DNA of 64,000 nucleotides from Tubulanus polymorphus (lineage: Eukaryota; Animalia; Nemertea). The stretch lies in contig NC_134035.1 in assembly GCF_964204645.1 (NCBI RefSeq), positions 5,084,001 to 5,148,000 of the forward strand, in the 5' to 3' direction. Below, piece after piece: positions 38,956 through 53,585 of the stretch. A model generated the notes under the pieces. The model was not told the DNA's origin. It searched no databases and worked only from the letters and a program-made list of their open reading frames with translations. Numbering within the stretch: position 1 is the first letter of the stretch; the number at the start of each line of letters is the position of its first letter. Both the position numbers and the translations under genes were made by a program.

Positions 38956-39315
38956 TTAACACTCCTCCCTCTCCGCCCCATGTCTGTTTGTCAACTCGTC
39001 AACATTGCAAAGTCTACGGCGATGAGCTTGTCGGTATAATTATAAACTCGTTAGGAATTGATTAGAACGTGTTCGCACGTTCGCACGTAAAACAAATATC
39101 AGTACAAGCGATTTCATGAAATATGCATCGCGAATTTCATTTCTTCATATTTGAAGTCAGCGTCAGTGTTTTATCAAACCCGCCTTAATACTATATGCCG
39201 TAACAGCATGTGAACATAGCCGTATACAGGACTGAGAAACAAAAGATTATTTAGTTACCATTTGGTAGATGTCCTGGTAATGACTTAGAAAATGCAATGG
39301 TAGATGGAAAGCTGA

Positions 39316-39498
39316 TATATATTAAAGTCCGAATAAAAATGTTTCCGAAAATGCTTCCTCGAACTAGTAGTTTATTCCTAGTGTTCCTGAAGATGACTAT
39401 AAGAATACCGTAGAAATGTCGAATGAACTACACTAGGTCAAGGGAAAATTTTCAGACTTCATGATATTTTTCGTTATGATTGTGGGATTCTCCATAGA
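39316..39498 (+). mobile_element. Partial copy of the palindromic hammerhead-like element
   Basis: ttcctgaagatgactat...gaaatgtcgaat and tttcgttatgattgtgggattctc match right arm of 53586-53812. Confidence 0.6.
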
Positions 39499-40559
39499 TT
39501 ATTGTCGCAACGCGGATATAGCGTTTTATCAATGGTTAACGAAATAATAGTGTGACAGTAGAATCGTGAAAGTGGATTGGGAGGTGGGGGTGTCATGTTT
39601 AAAGATGTGTTGATTATGTAGAATGACCTAATGTATAATCAAAAATATCTAAATTGCCGATGAAAACGGCGAGATTTTAGATTCGATAATCGAGATTTCA
39701 GGGCGAGAAAGTCGACTTATTCGGTAGTAAGGAATTATTGTCGCGTTCGTTTAATTCGCCAGCTATCAGCATTCTACAAGAGCCATTTCTAGCGAGCACT
39801 TCATCAATTATTTATCGGCCTGAGCCGATATTTCTGCCGACTAATTGAACACTTGCGGTAGATATCCATCTGTACAGCAACCTGTCTCTCTAATATCTCT
39901 CTCTCTCTGTCTCTCTCTCTTTAATTTTCTATCATTGAAATGTTCATGTCGCTCTATGCTTCTTCGCTTTGCTTCCCTTGATACATAGACATGTACTGTG
40001 CTCACTTGTGTTTAGCTATGGTAATCAAGGGGTTAAAGTAGATCTCCGTTTGTGGCTAACCCCGAATAGAATATGTACATCATGAGTTTCATTTAGATAC
40101 AGTATATTCAAACCAGTTCCGCAGTTAGCGGGCTAATTCGACCGAATGCATTAAAACTATTATTTGATTTTCAATGTGTTAACTGTAGACACTATTGTGG
40201 ATCTGTCAGTGGCGTTTAATTAAAGTTATTCCGCTCGCATCAGTTCGACTCGATTGTTTCATTCAGCCTCAGTCAGTCGTCCGTTTTATCTTCGAACCGA
40301 AACTCCGGCCGGTTTCCCGTGAAGGAAATTAGAATTTCTTTTTTACGGTTGACTTTGCGACGTCGCGTTCTCCGTGACAGGTATATCACAGGCCGTACGG
40401 CACGGCTTGACACTTGAGCATGATATATGTCCTTTTAGCGTTTAAAAATCGATACCACCCGAGAGATGGTTTTTGAAACGGAATGAAACGGCTCTCAGCG
40501 AGGGTAACACCTTACGTACACACAGACACTAAGTATCTGCGTAATGATGATTTCGATGA

Positions 40560-40930
40560 ACCTGCTTGGATTTGAGTCTAAAACGGTCTTAAAGTTCTAT
40601 ACCAGCAAGTAGAAGTAAATGCTCTCGGACTGGTCTGGTCTTAAGTTGTTGGATTGGCTATGGAACTAAAATGATATAAAACTGTTCTTAAGTTGTTAGA
40701 TAGGCTAAAGAAGTGAAATGCTCTTAACTGGTCATAAGTTGTTAGATTCGCTAAAAAAAAGTGAAATGGTCTGAGACTGGTCTTGTTGTTAGATTGGTTA
40801 TAGAACTCAAATGATCTAAGACTGGTCTAAGATGTAGAATTGGCTGTAGAACCAAAATGCACTTAGACTGGTCTCAATTTGTTAGAGCAGCTAACTGTAC
40901 ACTCTAAATGCCCTTACACTAATCTTACAC
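40560..40930 (+). repeat. Degenerate ~45-bp tandem array (agactggtcttaagttgttagattggcta...)
   Basis: Repeated motif, shared with MITE at 4730-4850. Confidence 0.7.
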
Positions 40931-42384
40931 ATTGAGTATTGAGCGTAGAATTGGCCATCAAGTGTTGAAGTTTATGTTGAGTTGCTGATGGTGTGTTTAC
41001 GAGGGTTATCAAGTGTTTGTTTAATGCCATTCAATTTAGCCGATGTAATAAACTCTCAAGGTCGTTTCAACAACGTTTTTTCGCCTCCCCCTCTGTGGCT
41101 ATCAACTCGAAATAGAAAAACTATGTTCCGCTATATTTAGGAATACGGCACGATCCGGGGTTTAGCTTTATTACCATTTGTCAGCTGCGTTTACGCTTAT
41201 GACACCCTAAACTGCGTATAACGGCACAAATGACGGCAAACTCTCGACGGGAGAAGATTCATTTTCTATCGAAACCCCATTCGTACAAATTAGGTTAATG
41301 AGTCACTCGGGTAGATGGCGTGGAACGTAATGTTTTAGCTACATGACACATTTTGTCATTCCACCATATGGTGATCACTTTCCAGGCATTTTATTCAATA
41401 AATGGCTAAAATTTCATTAGCTTAAAACATTGTGAATCACTTTCGTCTTTCAGAATAGATTTGAGTGTTATGTTTACAGTGTTCTGTAATACGTGGACCA
41501 ATCATAATTGCAGATCTGTTCTGTTAACCAATCGTCATTCTCCAAGTGACAACCATTCATATATCGATCAATCATCTTCGTCCTAGCCATATGGTGGTTA
41601 TCACAGATCTGTTCTGTCAACCAATCATCATTCTCCTAGAAATGGCCATTCATGTGTCAACCAATCATCTCTGTCCTAGCCATACAGTGGTTATCACAGA
41701 TCTGTTCTGTTATCCAATTTTCACTGTCCTAGAGTCAAACGATCCAAGTGTTGTTTCAACCAATCATAACTGGTTTAGCCGTACAGTAACCGATCAATCG
41801 GAATCACTGATCTGTTCCGTTAACCAATCATCACTGTCTTAGAACTAGAATATTCTTATCTTCCATATTCATGTTTAAGTAAGTGTAGCATATCTATTGT
41901 TATAGAAAGTGAACAAAACATACGTTCGATTATCCCACGAGAAATTGACTTAAATAAATGAATATCTTCTATGCATTTTTGACCCTCGAGTGCTAATTTT
42001 ACTGCATCGTTTTTCGTCTGAAACTTCACGTTGGTCAGGTTACGAGTTGTCGTCTTCGCCGCCGTTTGAGACGAGACGTAATGATTTTGTCACTGGTTCT
42101 CGGTGTGATCGGTGTAATCAGTAGATCAGTGATTGGTGGCACTCACAATCGCTGGCTATTTGTCTCAATAAGCGTCAGTGAGGAACCGGGCCTGAATCAG
42201 TCCCAGTAAATCTCGTCGATGTCACATTCGATATCGTTTAGCACCAATCATTTCACCAGTCGTCAGGAAACGTAAAATCGTGCCGTGTATATCTCAATTC
42301 TACCTCGTTTGGAAATTGCTTTTGGTCTCACTCAGTCTCATTGTGCTCAAAAGCTGTTTTCGACCATGCTGTACTGGTTGATCA

Positions 42385-42720
42385 TACCATAGCCGAGTCT
42401 CATGATGCCATCAGGTTCTAATCTATGCATGGGAGGAACATGGCAGAGTCTCATAATGCCATTTGGTTCACATCCCTGTGAGGAAGGAATGTGGCAGAGT
42501 CCCGCAATGCGATCAGGTTCAAATCCCTGTGCCAGAGGAATGTGGCAGTCGCGTGATGCCATCAGGTTCGAATCCTTGTGAGGGAGGAATGTAACACAAT
42601 GCCATCAGGATTCCCCTGTGGTGGAGCAACATGGCAGAGTCTCACGATGCCATTATGTTCAAATCCCTTTGAGGGAGGAACATAGCCGAGTCTCATGATG
42701 CCATAAGGTTCAAATCCCAG
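42385..42720 (+). repeat. ~51-bp tandem array containing B-box-like GGTTCAAATCCC
   Basis: Units at 42441 and 42492; dispersed relatives near 32780-32830 and 54665-54815. Confidence 0.8.
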
Positions 42721-45700
42721 TCTCGCAATCTGAGATTTGTGGATCTACAACATACAGGTCGTTTAGTATACCATAAAGTTCAGATCCCAGCTAAGGATGC
42801 TATGAATCTTAGCTAGGCGTCGAGTGGCTTTGTACTGTTTATTTGAATTGAAGCAGACTTGTAATTGCTTGATTCATGAAGCAGCACTACATGAGCCTTT
42901 TTACGTTCCCTTAGACAAAAAGACGGAAAGAAAGCTGAAAGGTTGGTGGTTCAAATCATTAGTGTCATTAGTGCAATAGTTTTGCATTCGCTGTGCAAAC
43001 AGTGAGCAGACATGAGGATGATGGGTTTACAGTTGACTGGATGAATACAATAGTGTCATCTCGAGAGGATCTTCAGCAGAGGAAGAGAACGGCAGAAGTT
43101 GTTACGGTAGAAAGTGGGGCTTCACTCTGATAGACATTACGGTACAGTTGATTATGCTTTTATTCTGCGCATTGAGCCCGAGATGTTGTCTTTTCTTTCA
43201 GTAAAATTTCAGCCTGACTTTCCCCGTGATTCTATGTCCCGCGGCAGTCGTATTTGTATGAGTTTTTTTAAGAACGGAAAACGAAGCCTATACAAGTCAT
43301 GTTCAGTTTATCAAACGCGATTCGAATTTCCGAATCGGCTTAAAACATATCGCAGATAATGAAAATCCCAATTGGGAATTTTACGCCGAAGTTTATTTTA
43401 GTTCACAGATGCTACAATCTTATGGCCACCATCAGATGAAGTGTTAACTTTTTTCAGCTGATAAGTATTTCTTTATTCTCGACTGTACAAATAAACTCTG
43501 ACCCTGAAACGGAAACATCGGTAATTCGATGGTATATTCAGTCGAATAGCGGCTAGTTTTGCCCGTAAATCCTTCTCGTTATCTTCACTACTCTGTACAA
43601 CGTCGTTTTTACAGTTTAGTGCTCGTAACCAACCTTTACGGCGCTTATATATCCCCTGTATATCCTGATCGCTTACGGTAACGATAAAACACTGATAAAT
43701 CCAAGGTTATTGAATGTTATTATATTTACATAACGAGCCGATTTAAAATTACACCTTGAGACGACAGTATTAATTGTCGGGTATCTGGGCGTTCGTCGTT
43801 GCGGGCGTTAATTAATCAGTAGCATTTTTCAACCACGTTCTTCAATGCCGCGCTAGTTTCCGGGGTGTTTCTGATACGGTATTTCCCGTATCGGAAAACG
43901 TGTGTTCGAGAATATTGAAGTGCCCTATATGTCTACCATACTGAGAAAACCATTACGTAGTATATTGAAGACAGCTCGACCTAACAAATTTTTTTCCAAA
44001 TACTACTTGAAAAGCCCCGAATACTTTTAGTTGCTTTGTGACAGAGATGTTTTGAAACGGATTTCCGGTTTTCTAATTTACTGACATAGGCGAGTTTTCC
44101 AATTGATGCAATCAAAAGAAGCACTCTCGCTCCGGTGCGAGCAGCCATCAGCCTTCGTTTCTTTGGGGCCTCGCCATTTTCAGGTTATTTTGGGTTTTGC
44201 CACTTACATCTCTGTTGCGAGCTCATAATTTGGCTGCGCTATATATGGTTATCCTATTAACCTGATAGATGCCCCTGCTGTTTAGTCGCAATGTCAATCT
44301 CTTCAACGTCATGTCCTTGATGCCCCTCTCTTCTCAAGTGGCTCTACCAACTGGGACAGCCATCCGCAGTAATCCAGCCTAAAATTTGTTTATGAGGTTG
44401 GATGAATTCTTTTTAGTAAATCACAGTATTTCTTGTGGATTTTAATGAGGGCTTGACCGTGTGTGACTGCGTTCAATATCAATTAACCCAATTAACCGGG
44501 TTCAGTAAATAAGGAAGGCATTACCGAGTTGGTTGTTGTTAACAAGAAAAGTTGTGTTGGGTAAGTGTTACGGTTACGCTTTTCGAATGGAGGTATCCGA
44601 TGAAACAGGTGAATAGTGTACAGGGGGTTAGTTCTAATGAGTGGTTACTCACTCTGTTGTTGTAAGAATACACCTGGATAATTGAATCTCTTCAGTAGTG
44701 TGATCAAGGCACCTGCGCTATATGAATCATCAGTGAGAATCGAACTATTTGAAGCGAACTGAGTTTTTTCAACTTCAAAAGTATAAATGGAATCATTAGG
44801 AAGCCTCCGGGAGGCTTTCCACAGTACACGGAACTATGCAAATTATCTGCCCGAGTCTTTTTAAAGCAAGCACTAGTCGCCCCTCTGCCTTGTGGTCTGC
44901 CTGTGCAGAGCTCATGAAAAGACCCATGCCTCGTTACTATGACTGGAAGCAATTGGCTAAACTACCTAGAGAGTCATGTTTCTTCTAGTCCGAGTCATTT
45001 TGCACGGGCAGTTTGTCTTACGGCGAGCCTTGGGAAGATACATAGATGATCAAAGAATCATGTCTACAGTACGGTTACTGTATGGTTCTGTAATCAGTAG
45101 TTTGAATCTATAATTCATCAATGATGTCTCCTCTCCTCACTCCGTACAAGTCTTTCTGTATGTGTTCTAATGAACAAAGCTCATGTTTTTTTACACTACA
45201 TCTGAATACATAATCATCCCTAACTAACTAACTAACTAGCTCTTCTCAGCAGTAGAGGTTGAGATGTTGAATTCACTACAAAGACCATAGAAGTATCTGT
45301 TCATTTATGATATGATATAAAAGGCGACTCGTTTCACATTGATAAGTAGTTTTATATGGTTAGTAGTTTAACCGGTCTCGATTGACTGCGTTTATGATAT
45401 GCGTTACTTATATTTCGCATTAATTAGTTAACGATGATAGCGCGCACGCTTGATATCGCCGTGGCATTAATATGGTTGAATATATCGAATCAATTATGCA
45501 TGCAGCGCTACGGACATGACAACAACGATGATGACTAGTCACTTGTGGCGATTGTGTTAATTATTATACAAGCATCGCTAATAAGATTATACACTTGTAC
45601 CGACTATATTATATCAATGACTCTCTCCTCTCATATATACACTCCCTCCCTCTTCCGCTCCACTCCATCCTACCCTCTCCAATCTCCCACCTGCATTCTG

Positions 45701-46134
45701 CTTACCCACTCCTACTGCCCCTCTCTCCTCTCTACTCTCCTATGCTCTACCATTCCCTTCATCCATCCTCTACATCTAATCCCATTTTATCGCCATTCTC
45801 CTCTTCTCTCTCTCCTTCCCTTTCCTCCTTGAATATTCATTGATTGTACTTATATCTATTAGACGGTATGTTAACTATGTATGGCGGCTTTGTTTGAACA
45901 ATGGACTTGTCGTTTGGTGATTTTCTGCTGTTCAGGTTTCATACAGGTCACATTAATACATGGATCAGTGAACTATTCTGTGTTAGTTATAAAAGACTTA
46001 AGGGTTTTATTGTGATTACATCAGCAGTGGCGATACAGCCTGTCAACATAGCGGTGAGGCTGACTAGGATTTCTCTGTCTAATCCATGCTCACCTGAAGA
46101 GATTCCCAGGAATGGGCATTGTGCTTCTGTCCTA

Positions 46135-46835
46135 CATCATGGCATGAAGTAGTTTTACCGTGGCATGAAGTAGTTTTACTGTGGCATGAAGTAGTTTTTC
46201 CATGGCATAAAGCAGTGTTTCCATGGCATAAAGTAGTTTTACTATGGCATAAAGTAGTTCTACCATGGCATCAAGAAGTTTGACTATAGCATCAAGTAGT
46301 TTTACCATGGCAACATGTATTTTGGCCTTAGCCAAGCCATTTTACCGTGGCATCGAGTAGTTATACCAAGGCATCACGAAGTTTTACCAAAGCATCAAGT
46401 ATTTTTACCATGGCATCAAGTAGTTTTACGGTGGCATCAAATCATTTTACCATGGCATCAAGTAGTTTTACCATGGCATCAAATAGCTTTACTGTGTCTT
46501 CAAATATTTTTACCGTAGCATCAAGTATTTTTCCATGGTATTAAGTAGCTTTGCCGTAGCATCAAGTATTGTCATCGTGGTATCAAGTATTTTTACCATA
46601 GCATCAAGTATATTCACCATGGCATCAAGTAGTTTTGCCGTGGCATCAAATAGTTTTACTGTGTCATCAGATAGTTTACCCGTGGCATCAAGTATTTTTA
46701 CGGTGGCATCAAGTAGTTTTGCCATGGCATCAAGAATTTTGACCGTAACATCAAGTATTTTTCCATGGCATTAAGTAGCTTTGCCGTAGCATCAAGTATT
46801 GTTATCATGGCATCAAGTATTTATACCATAGCATT
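46135..46835 (+). repeat. 21-bp minisatellite (TTTTACCATGGCATCAAGTAG), ~33 copies
   Basis: Directly visible; explains the heptad-repeat ORFs. Confidence 0.93.
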
Positions 46836-49766
46836 AATATTTTGATTGTGGTGTAAGTATTTTTGCTGTGATATCGATATATTGCTGACTATTTTGTAAT
46901 AATGCAATGATTAACGCTTGCGTAGTTTTTCACAGCATCTCTGCTGTATTTCTGCGGCAGACTCTTTAAGTAAGGGTGGGGCTGCGTGGATGTTTGATTG
47001 TTCAATTGCAAAATATTCGCGAAAGTAAACATAAAAAACGCGTGCGCAGCGTTATAGTTGGGCGTCGATCGTGTGTTAAAGGTCATATACATCATCGGCG
47101 TTTAACGGTCTTAACGAACGAACAACGTTTTCAAAAGCGACGATTCAGAGTTACTACCGGTAACCCCTGCTGACCAAATTAATAAACGTGTCAATTGTTG
47201 TCCTGGATATTAATGATTATGGCAGCCGTTACCACGGTAACATCGATCAGTCCCAGGTGATAACAGTAGTTCCTGTTGACTTATCGATGGAACTTTTTTA
47301 CGGCGTCGGAACGAAGGGGTGGAAAAAATAAGCCGAAGTTAACGGTAACGTCACTGGACGTCTGGTCGCAGCGGTCGATGGCAACATCTGACCTGAATTG
47401 ACATTCGGCACCCAGTTCGATAGTTCTTCTTTATAACGGTTACAGTTAACAGTCATATTCAGTTCACTTGTGTTTACGTTTCTACAGCTCTTCATCGAGT
47501 TTGATTCAATAGAGATGAAATATATTTATTTCCAATGTTTCAAGTCTGGAGTTGAATATAACCTAAGAAGTGTAAAACATTGGCTCCTAGATTGTGCCTT
47601 CGTCCCGTCGTTCCTACCGGGAAAGTTTTCCCAAATGCTTCAAAAAGTTGCCGCATGGTTCTGAGAAGATTGTCTAAAGATCCATTTCCAAAGTTTTCCT
47701 TATTGAACTTGTCTCTGCGGTAAAGACATTGGAACAAGTTCTATAGAGTCAAAAACTGTGAAAGAGAGTCCTGTGTCTTTAGATGCCCTGAGAAGTTGCT
47801 TTGCTTTCCGAAAAATTTATATTCATATTGTCAGTTCCGCTTGGCGCCACGAAGCCTCGATAGGCGTTCATAGAATTAATAGAATTCGTATTTTTTTCTT
47901 TCGCTTCATTACAAAACAAAAGAATATTATATTTATACCCGCACCTTGTTTCGTGACAACATCACTCGAGAGGATTAACTTCGTACGTTGTTACTATGAC
48001 GATTCTAATAATAACAACTTTGTCGACATTTACGCTGGTTTTAAATTGAATATTCCTCCCATTTGTAATTGAAGCACTTGCCGTTTACTTCTGTCATCCA
48101 CTGTCTGATGTTAAAAAAAAAATCAGATTTAATTGTAAACACGAAATAGAAGCCAAATTTAGAAGCTAAATTTAAAACCCTTCTCTTTTGTTTTCGTTGT
48201 CTGCTTGTATTTTAGCATTTAATTATTGTTTTTGTGTTGAATTTCCCTGAAGATGCGTCTTATGGAAGTGAAGACTTGAAATGTCACGTCTGCATAAACA
48301 ATTCATAACGTAATTAAGTGTTTTATCAATATAGGAAAGCTAGACTCGCGAAGAGTCCTCCTTTTTAGCGCTTTAGTTAGGAAGGGGGTGTTCTTGTGAT
48401 TTACTACTAGAACCATATCGGCCTGTTGGAGGACACTTGAAACGTTTTACCTAAGAATTTAAAAACACAACTGTTTTCTAGCTTCAACTGCTCTTTCTTC
48501 TTCCAAAATTGGCAAAAATGTGATAGATTTCACATACACGCATTTTCCATTTTGGGAGGTGATGATTGGATTTCGATATATGTGTAACAATCGTCTGTTC
48601 TCGTTCTGTTGGATGTTGTACTCGCTCATATGCGACTGCCATCGCGGCCACCGATTATTGCTCATAATTCAAGCGCAGATACGATAAGAAGTGATAAAAC
48701 GTAACACTTATAGAATAATGATTAAGAGAGAGTGAGCGAGGAACGGTAGCGGTTAGTCAGTCAGTCAGCCGAAGTCGTATCGGATCAGATCAGGAATCTG
48801 TATATAGATGTTCATATCGGCGCAATAGCAATAGCTGGCTCGCTCGGCCCGCGCTCATTTATCATCGCGGAATTTGACGTGAAGTATTCATCTTTTGTAA
48901 CTATTTTTTTCCTAATAAATCCTTCTTTACGAAGCGTAGAGAATGTCGCTTTGTGTAAACGTCATATATCACGAGGTCGCGCGCGTCGGGTCGGTTACGA
49001 TTCTCGCGCCTCCCGGATTAACGCGCAACACCGCCCAACTATTGTCATAGATTAATGAAGAATTTTCATTTCGCGTCGGCGACGTCAGGAAAAAAATGAC
49101 GATGGGGGTCAAGTAGCAAGGTTTTCATCATGTATGTACATGAGAGAAATTTGATTAGTTCTAGACCCTACTGAATAGAATGTACTTATTTTATATTCCT
49201 CCATAGCTTTAAGCATAATGAATAGCCCCCTCCAGGCCCTCCGCTGTGGGGTATGCAATAACTGCACTTTTACTGATGAATCGATATTCAGTTTTTGATA
49301 ATGTTGTTTTTGTTGGATGATGTGTGTCGGGTGCGGTTGCGCAAGTCTGTAATGATCATGTCAGTACATATACAAGTTCACCTGAGTACACGACGAGCTA
49401 AAACTCGTTTTATATGTAACCATTTCATTATCAAAGTACTTATGCTCGTTAATGTGTTAAAGAGTTACGGTTACCTGGTCGCTAATTGGATCCCGGGTAC
49501 GGGTAACCTGCGAATAGTGTTACGTGCGTCCGTTCAACGTTTTACTTTCTCTATAACAGATTCATATGTCAAGTGTCTCTGCGACTCCGATCTTCGTCTC
49601 TTAAAACATGTATGAGTAAAAAACAGTTCCAATGAGTACGATTTCAACCCACATCTGTTGAACTAACTACGTATGTCCCCATTCAACTTAAACCCGAGCA
49701 CAGTTTTGAGAACGTTGCATTAGAAATCCTATTTTACCATCATAGATTTGTCCAAAGGTCGGGTGG

Positions 49767-50052
49767 CCAGGACCCGGTTCTAGTGTTGTGAGTTACAGTT
49801 AACTCTGAGTTAAAGTTAGTTCATTTTCGATGCTTCTACTCTGAGTCAAATATTAACTCAGAACTGTGGGACTGGATCCAGTTGCTCAAACGTTGGTTAG
49901 CGTTAACTAGTGGATAGTTGTCGATTAGACGTTCATTGTTACTATGGTATTTATCCGCTGGTTATCTTTTACCAACTTTTGAGCAACTACTGGACTGTAG
50001 AACTGGTTCCAAAACTGAAGCACTGGATCCAGTAACTGTGAAACTGGATCCC
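49767..50052. mobile_element. Adjacent small MITE-like inverted-repeat elements upstream of liprin exon 2
   Basis: ccaggacccggttc...actggatccag and agttgctcaaa...tttgagcaact inverted ends. Confidence 0.5.
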
Positions 50053-50163
50053 TGTTAGTTATGAAATTTATATCATATGCATTGTTGTATTACACGTTTT
50101 CAACAAGAAAGATGTCAATAAGTTTCACACTGGAGAATTAAAAATCTATTATTTGTATTTCAG

Positions 50164-50265
50164 GAATTTGCGTCGATTACGAAAGAGTTGAATCAGTGTC
50201 GAGATTCGTTACTAGAACGAGAGGAAGAGATTTCTGAACTGAAAGCAGAACGCAATAATACACGG
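50164..50265 (+). CDS. PPFIA: Liprin-alpha coding exon 2 ([34 protein letters not shown])
   Basis: [18 protein letters not shown] conserved motif; tttcag acceptor, gtaagt donor, 102 nt. Confidence 0.96.
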
Positions 50266-52274
50266 GTAAGTGACTGTTCACTGTGATACCCAAACCCTAT
50301 TGAAACATCGGGCAATGTGAGAGACATTCTTATTCTTATTCTTAAACTTAGGTCCAGTGTATGACCCACCCTGCAGAACCCTTATACTGAAACACGGTTT
50401 AGTGTGACACCCTTAGTGTGACACCCATCCTACAAAACCCTTATTCTGAAACATGAGTTAGTGTGTGACGCATGCTACAAAACCCTTATACTGAAATATG
50501 AGTAAAGGGCAAGACCGACCCTAAGATCCTTACTTTGACATGCCATCGAACAAAGCTTACCGGAATTTTGTCCCTTCCCCATGCTAAAAAAATAAGAAAA
50601 CTCAAAAAGGATTGAAATGGGAATTTGATTGGAATTTGCTACTAATGTTAAGAATCTTTGTCAGTTAGTACCGAGTTCCGAAAGTCCACAGTCGAAATCT
50701 AAAACAAACTGCTTTTTAACTCGTTTTCAAGCTCGTCAATCAATAAATGATACCGAATTAGAGAATCAATTCGTGAAGCCATAACCCGCACCACGGAAAT
50801 AATCGAGATATGATTTGAAGATGCAGCGTTTTCGGTTGAATTAATGATAGAAGCTTTTATCCGTCTGAATGTGGAGTAATTGAAACTGTAGCTTTTTCGA
50901 TCAGGCTTCATATAAACTCGCATTATCTCATCATCGTCATCATCATCATCGTTGTCTCGGCTACTTCCGATTATATATCAACCACCCGGACGGTTGATTC
51001 CTCTTCGACATCCGTGGCGCGCGAGCGCGTCAATGCCGATTCACGATTCCGTCGATTCGTAATTACAACGATCGTGTGTTTACCTGCGACGAATCTCGAC
51101 GAATTCTCCGCCGATTCAAGAGTCCGTCTGCCGGCACCGTCGTCGTCGTCGCGGCGATCGATCTCCCGCGGTGACGGATTCGTTCGTTGTTTGATGTGAA
51201 GTTATAAAATGGGATTTCGTTGTTTGAATAACGTCGATGTTCCCCGAAGACGCGCGGCTCCGCCCGCGGCTTAGCGCGCACAAGATGATATACGCGTAAT
51301 ATATTTAACCCTTTCGAGCCGACGAAAAAAAAGAGAAGAAAATTGAACACCGCGAAATGCGCAGCAGCGAAAATGATCCGACGCGTTCCCTCTAGGTTTC
51401 GACGGATTCAGTCGTCACGCGATCGAAAATAGTTTTCGGTCGATCGTCGAAAGTTTTCCGGAGTTGGTACTGATTAGCCAAAAACTGCGGCCCCCGAAGA
51501 TCCGTGCGGACGACGACGACTTTTTCATCGCGAACACCTGACTGAAACGCCCGCGGCGGTTTCTATTCGCGATGATGATTTTCCGCGTTATCATTTTTTT
51601 TTTTGTTTTGTTCATCGATCGATCATCAGTTTCGGTGAATTGCGCAACGCTTCGTTTGAAATGAAACAAATCTCGGCACGTCGGGCGGCTCGGGTTTTTT
51701 TTTTTTTACGGATTCCGATCGATACAGATTCATGCTAGCGGCGTTTTAATAGCCGCGTCGCTGATTGATTTTAATACGTTAACGGCAGCTTATCGTCACC
51801 TGTTTCTTGTTTCCGGCTCAACAATTATTGCCATAGAAACCTTGAATCTTAAAGCGTCGCGCTGTATTATTATATAGTTTGCGCTGAAGGATTATGCGTA
51901 TGTATGTCACAAAGAGTATGTATGCACGCCTGATCGATTGTGTATTGTCGTATATAAAAAGACAAAATTTTCTCGCGATATTTCACGCGAATATCTCGAA
52001 TCCTATCAACACCAATTATACCGAATATCGTGTTTTAGTTTATATCAGTTTATACAAAAAAGCCAAGTTTGCAGAGTTTCCAGCAGCAGGGTCATGTCTA
52101 CTTTGTTTGTATCACCTATCAAACAACTAAATAAAGGATAATGAATAAACTTTCATTTTCCGTTTTAGACATGGAAGAGCTCCCAGGTCCCCATGCCCCT
52201 GCTGTCCGTCACCCCAGTTTGATCCGATTCCCACTTATGTGTTAAACATTGCTGTGATACATTTGAAGTTATGA

Positions 52275-52989
<715 letters not shown>

Positions 52990-53585
52990 TCCTATTGCCC
53001 TTGACCTCTTCCCTTGCTCCCTCCCGGTCTGCCTTTCAAGACTGCTTCAGGTATTCAACCCCAACATCCAGCAGGACGTTTTCAAGACCTCCTGAGGTGT
53101 TCGACCCCCACATCCACTAGGACGTGGTCAACAATACCCAACTACCTTATTGAGACGAATCGTTGCAGTTGTTGCGCAGTGAAGGTATATCCCAGTCAGT
53201 TGCGTAGACAGGTTGTACGTGTTTAAGGTCATTGGTCGACTACACCGCGTGCTGCCTTAATAGCTTCATCGAATTACGGTTGGATTACGGTAATCCTATT
53301 GGTAATCCTATCAGCACCAGGGAGTTCGTGTATGCGATGAAATTGCACTAAGTGGTCTTAATCCCGTGTGTTCGTCGTGAAGATGTTTTTACCTTGATCA
53401 AGATTGAGAAGCTACTGAACTCGGACGAACAACCTATTTGCGGTTCAACTTCATTGTCAAGTCGTTAAGGAGAACTGGTTGGCTCCTCTACACAGTTGAA
53501 AATGTGGCTGTTAAAGAATTAGGAAAAATTGGAAATGGCCTAGGCCTAATCACGATTGATAAAACACTATATCCGTGTTGAAGCG

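Noticed and set aside
46132-46774. Heptad-repeat coiled-coil-like ORFs
   Set aside because: 21-bp minisatellite with frameshifts
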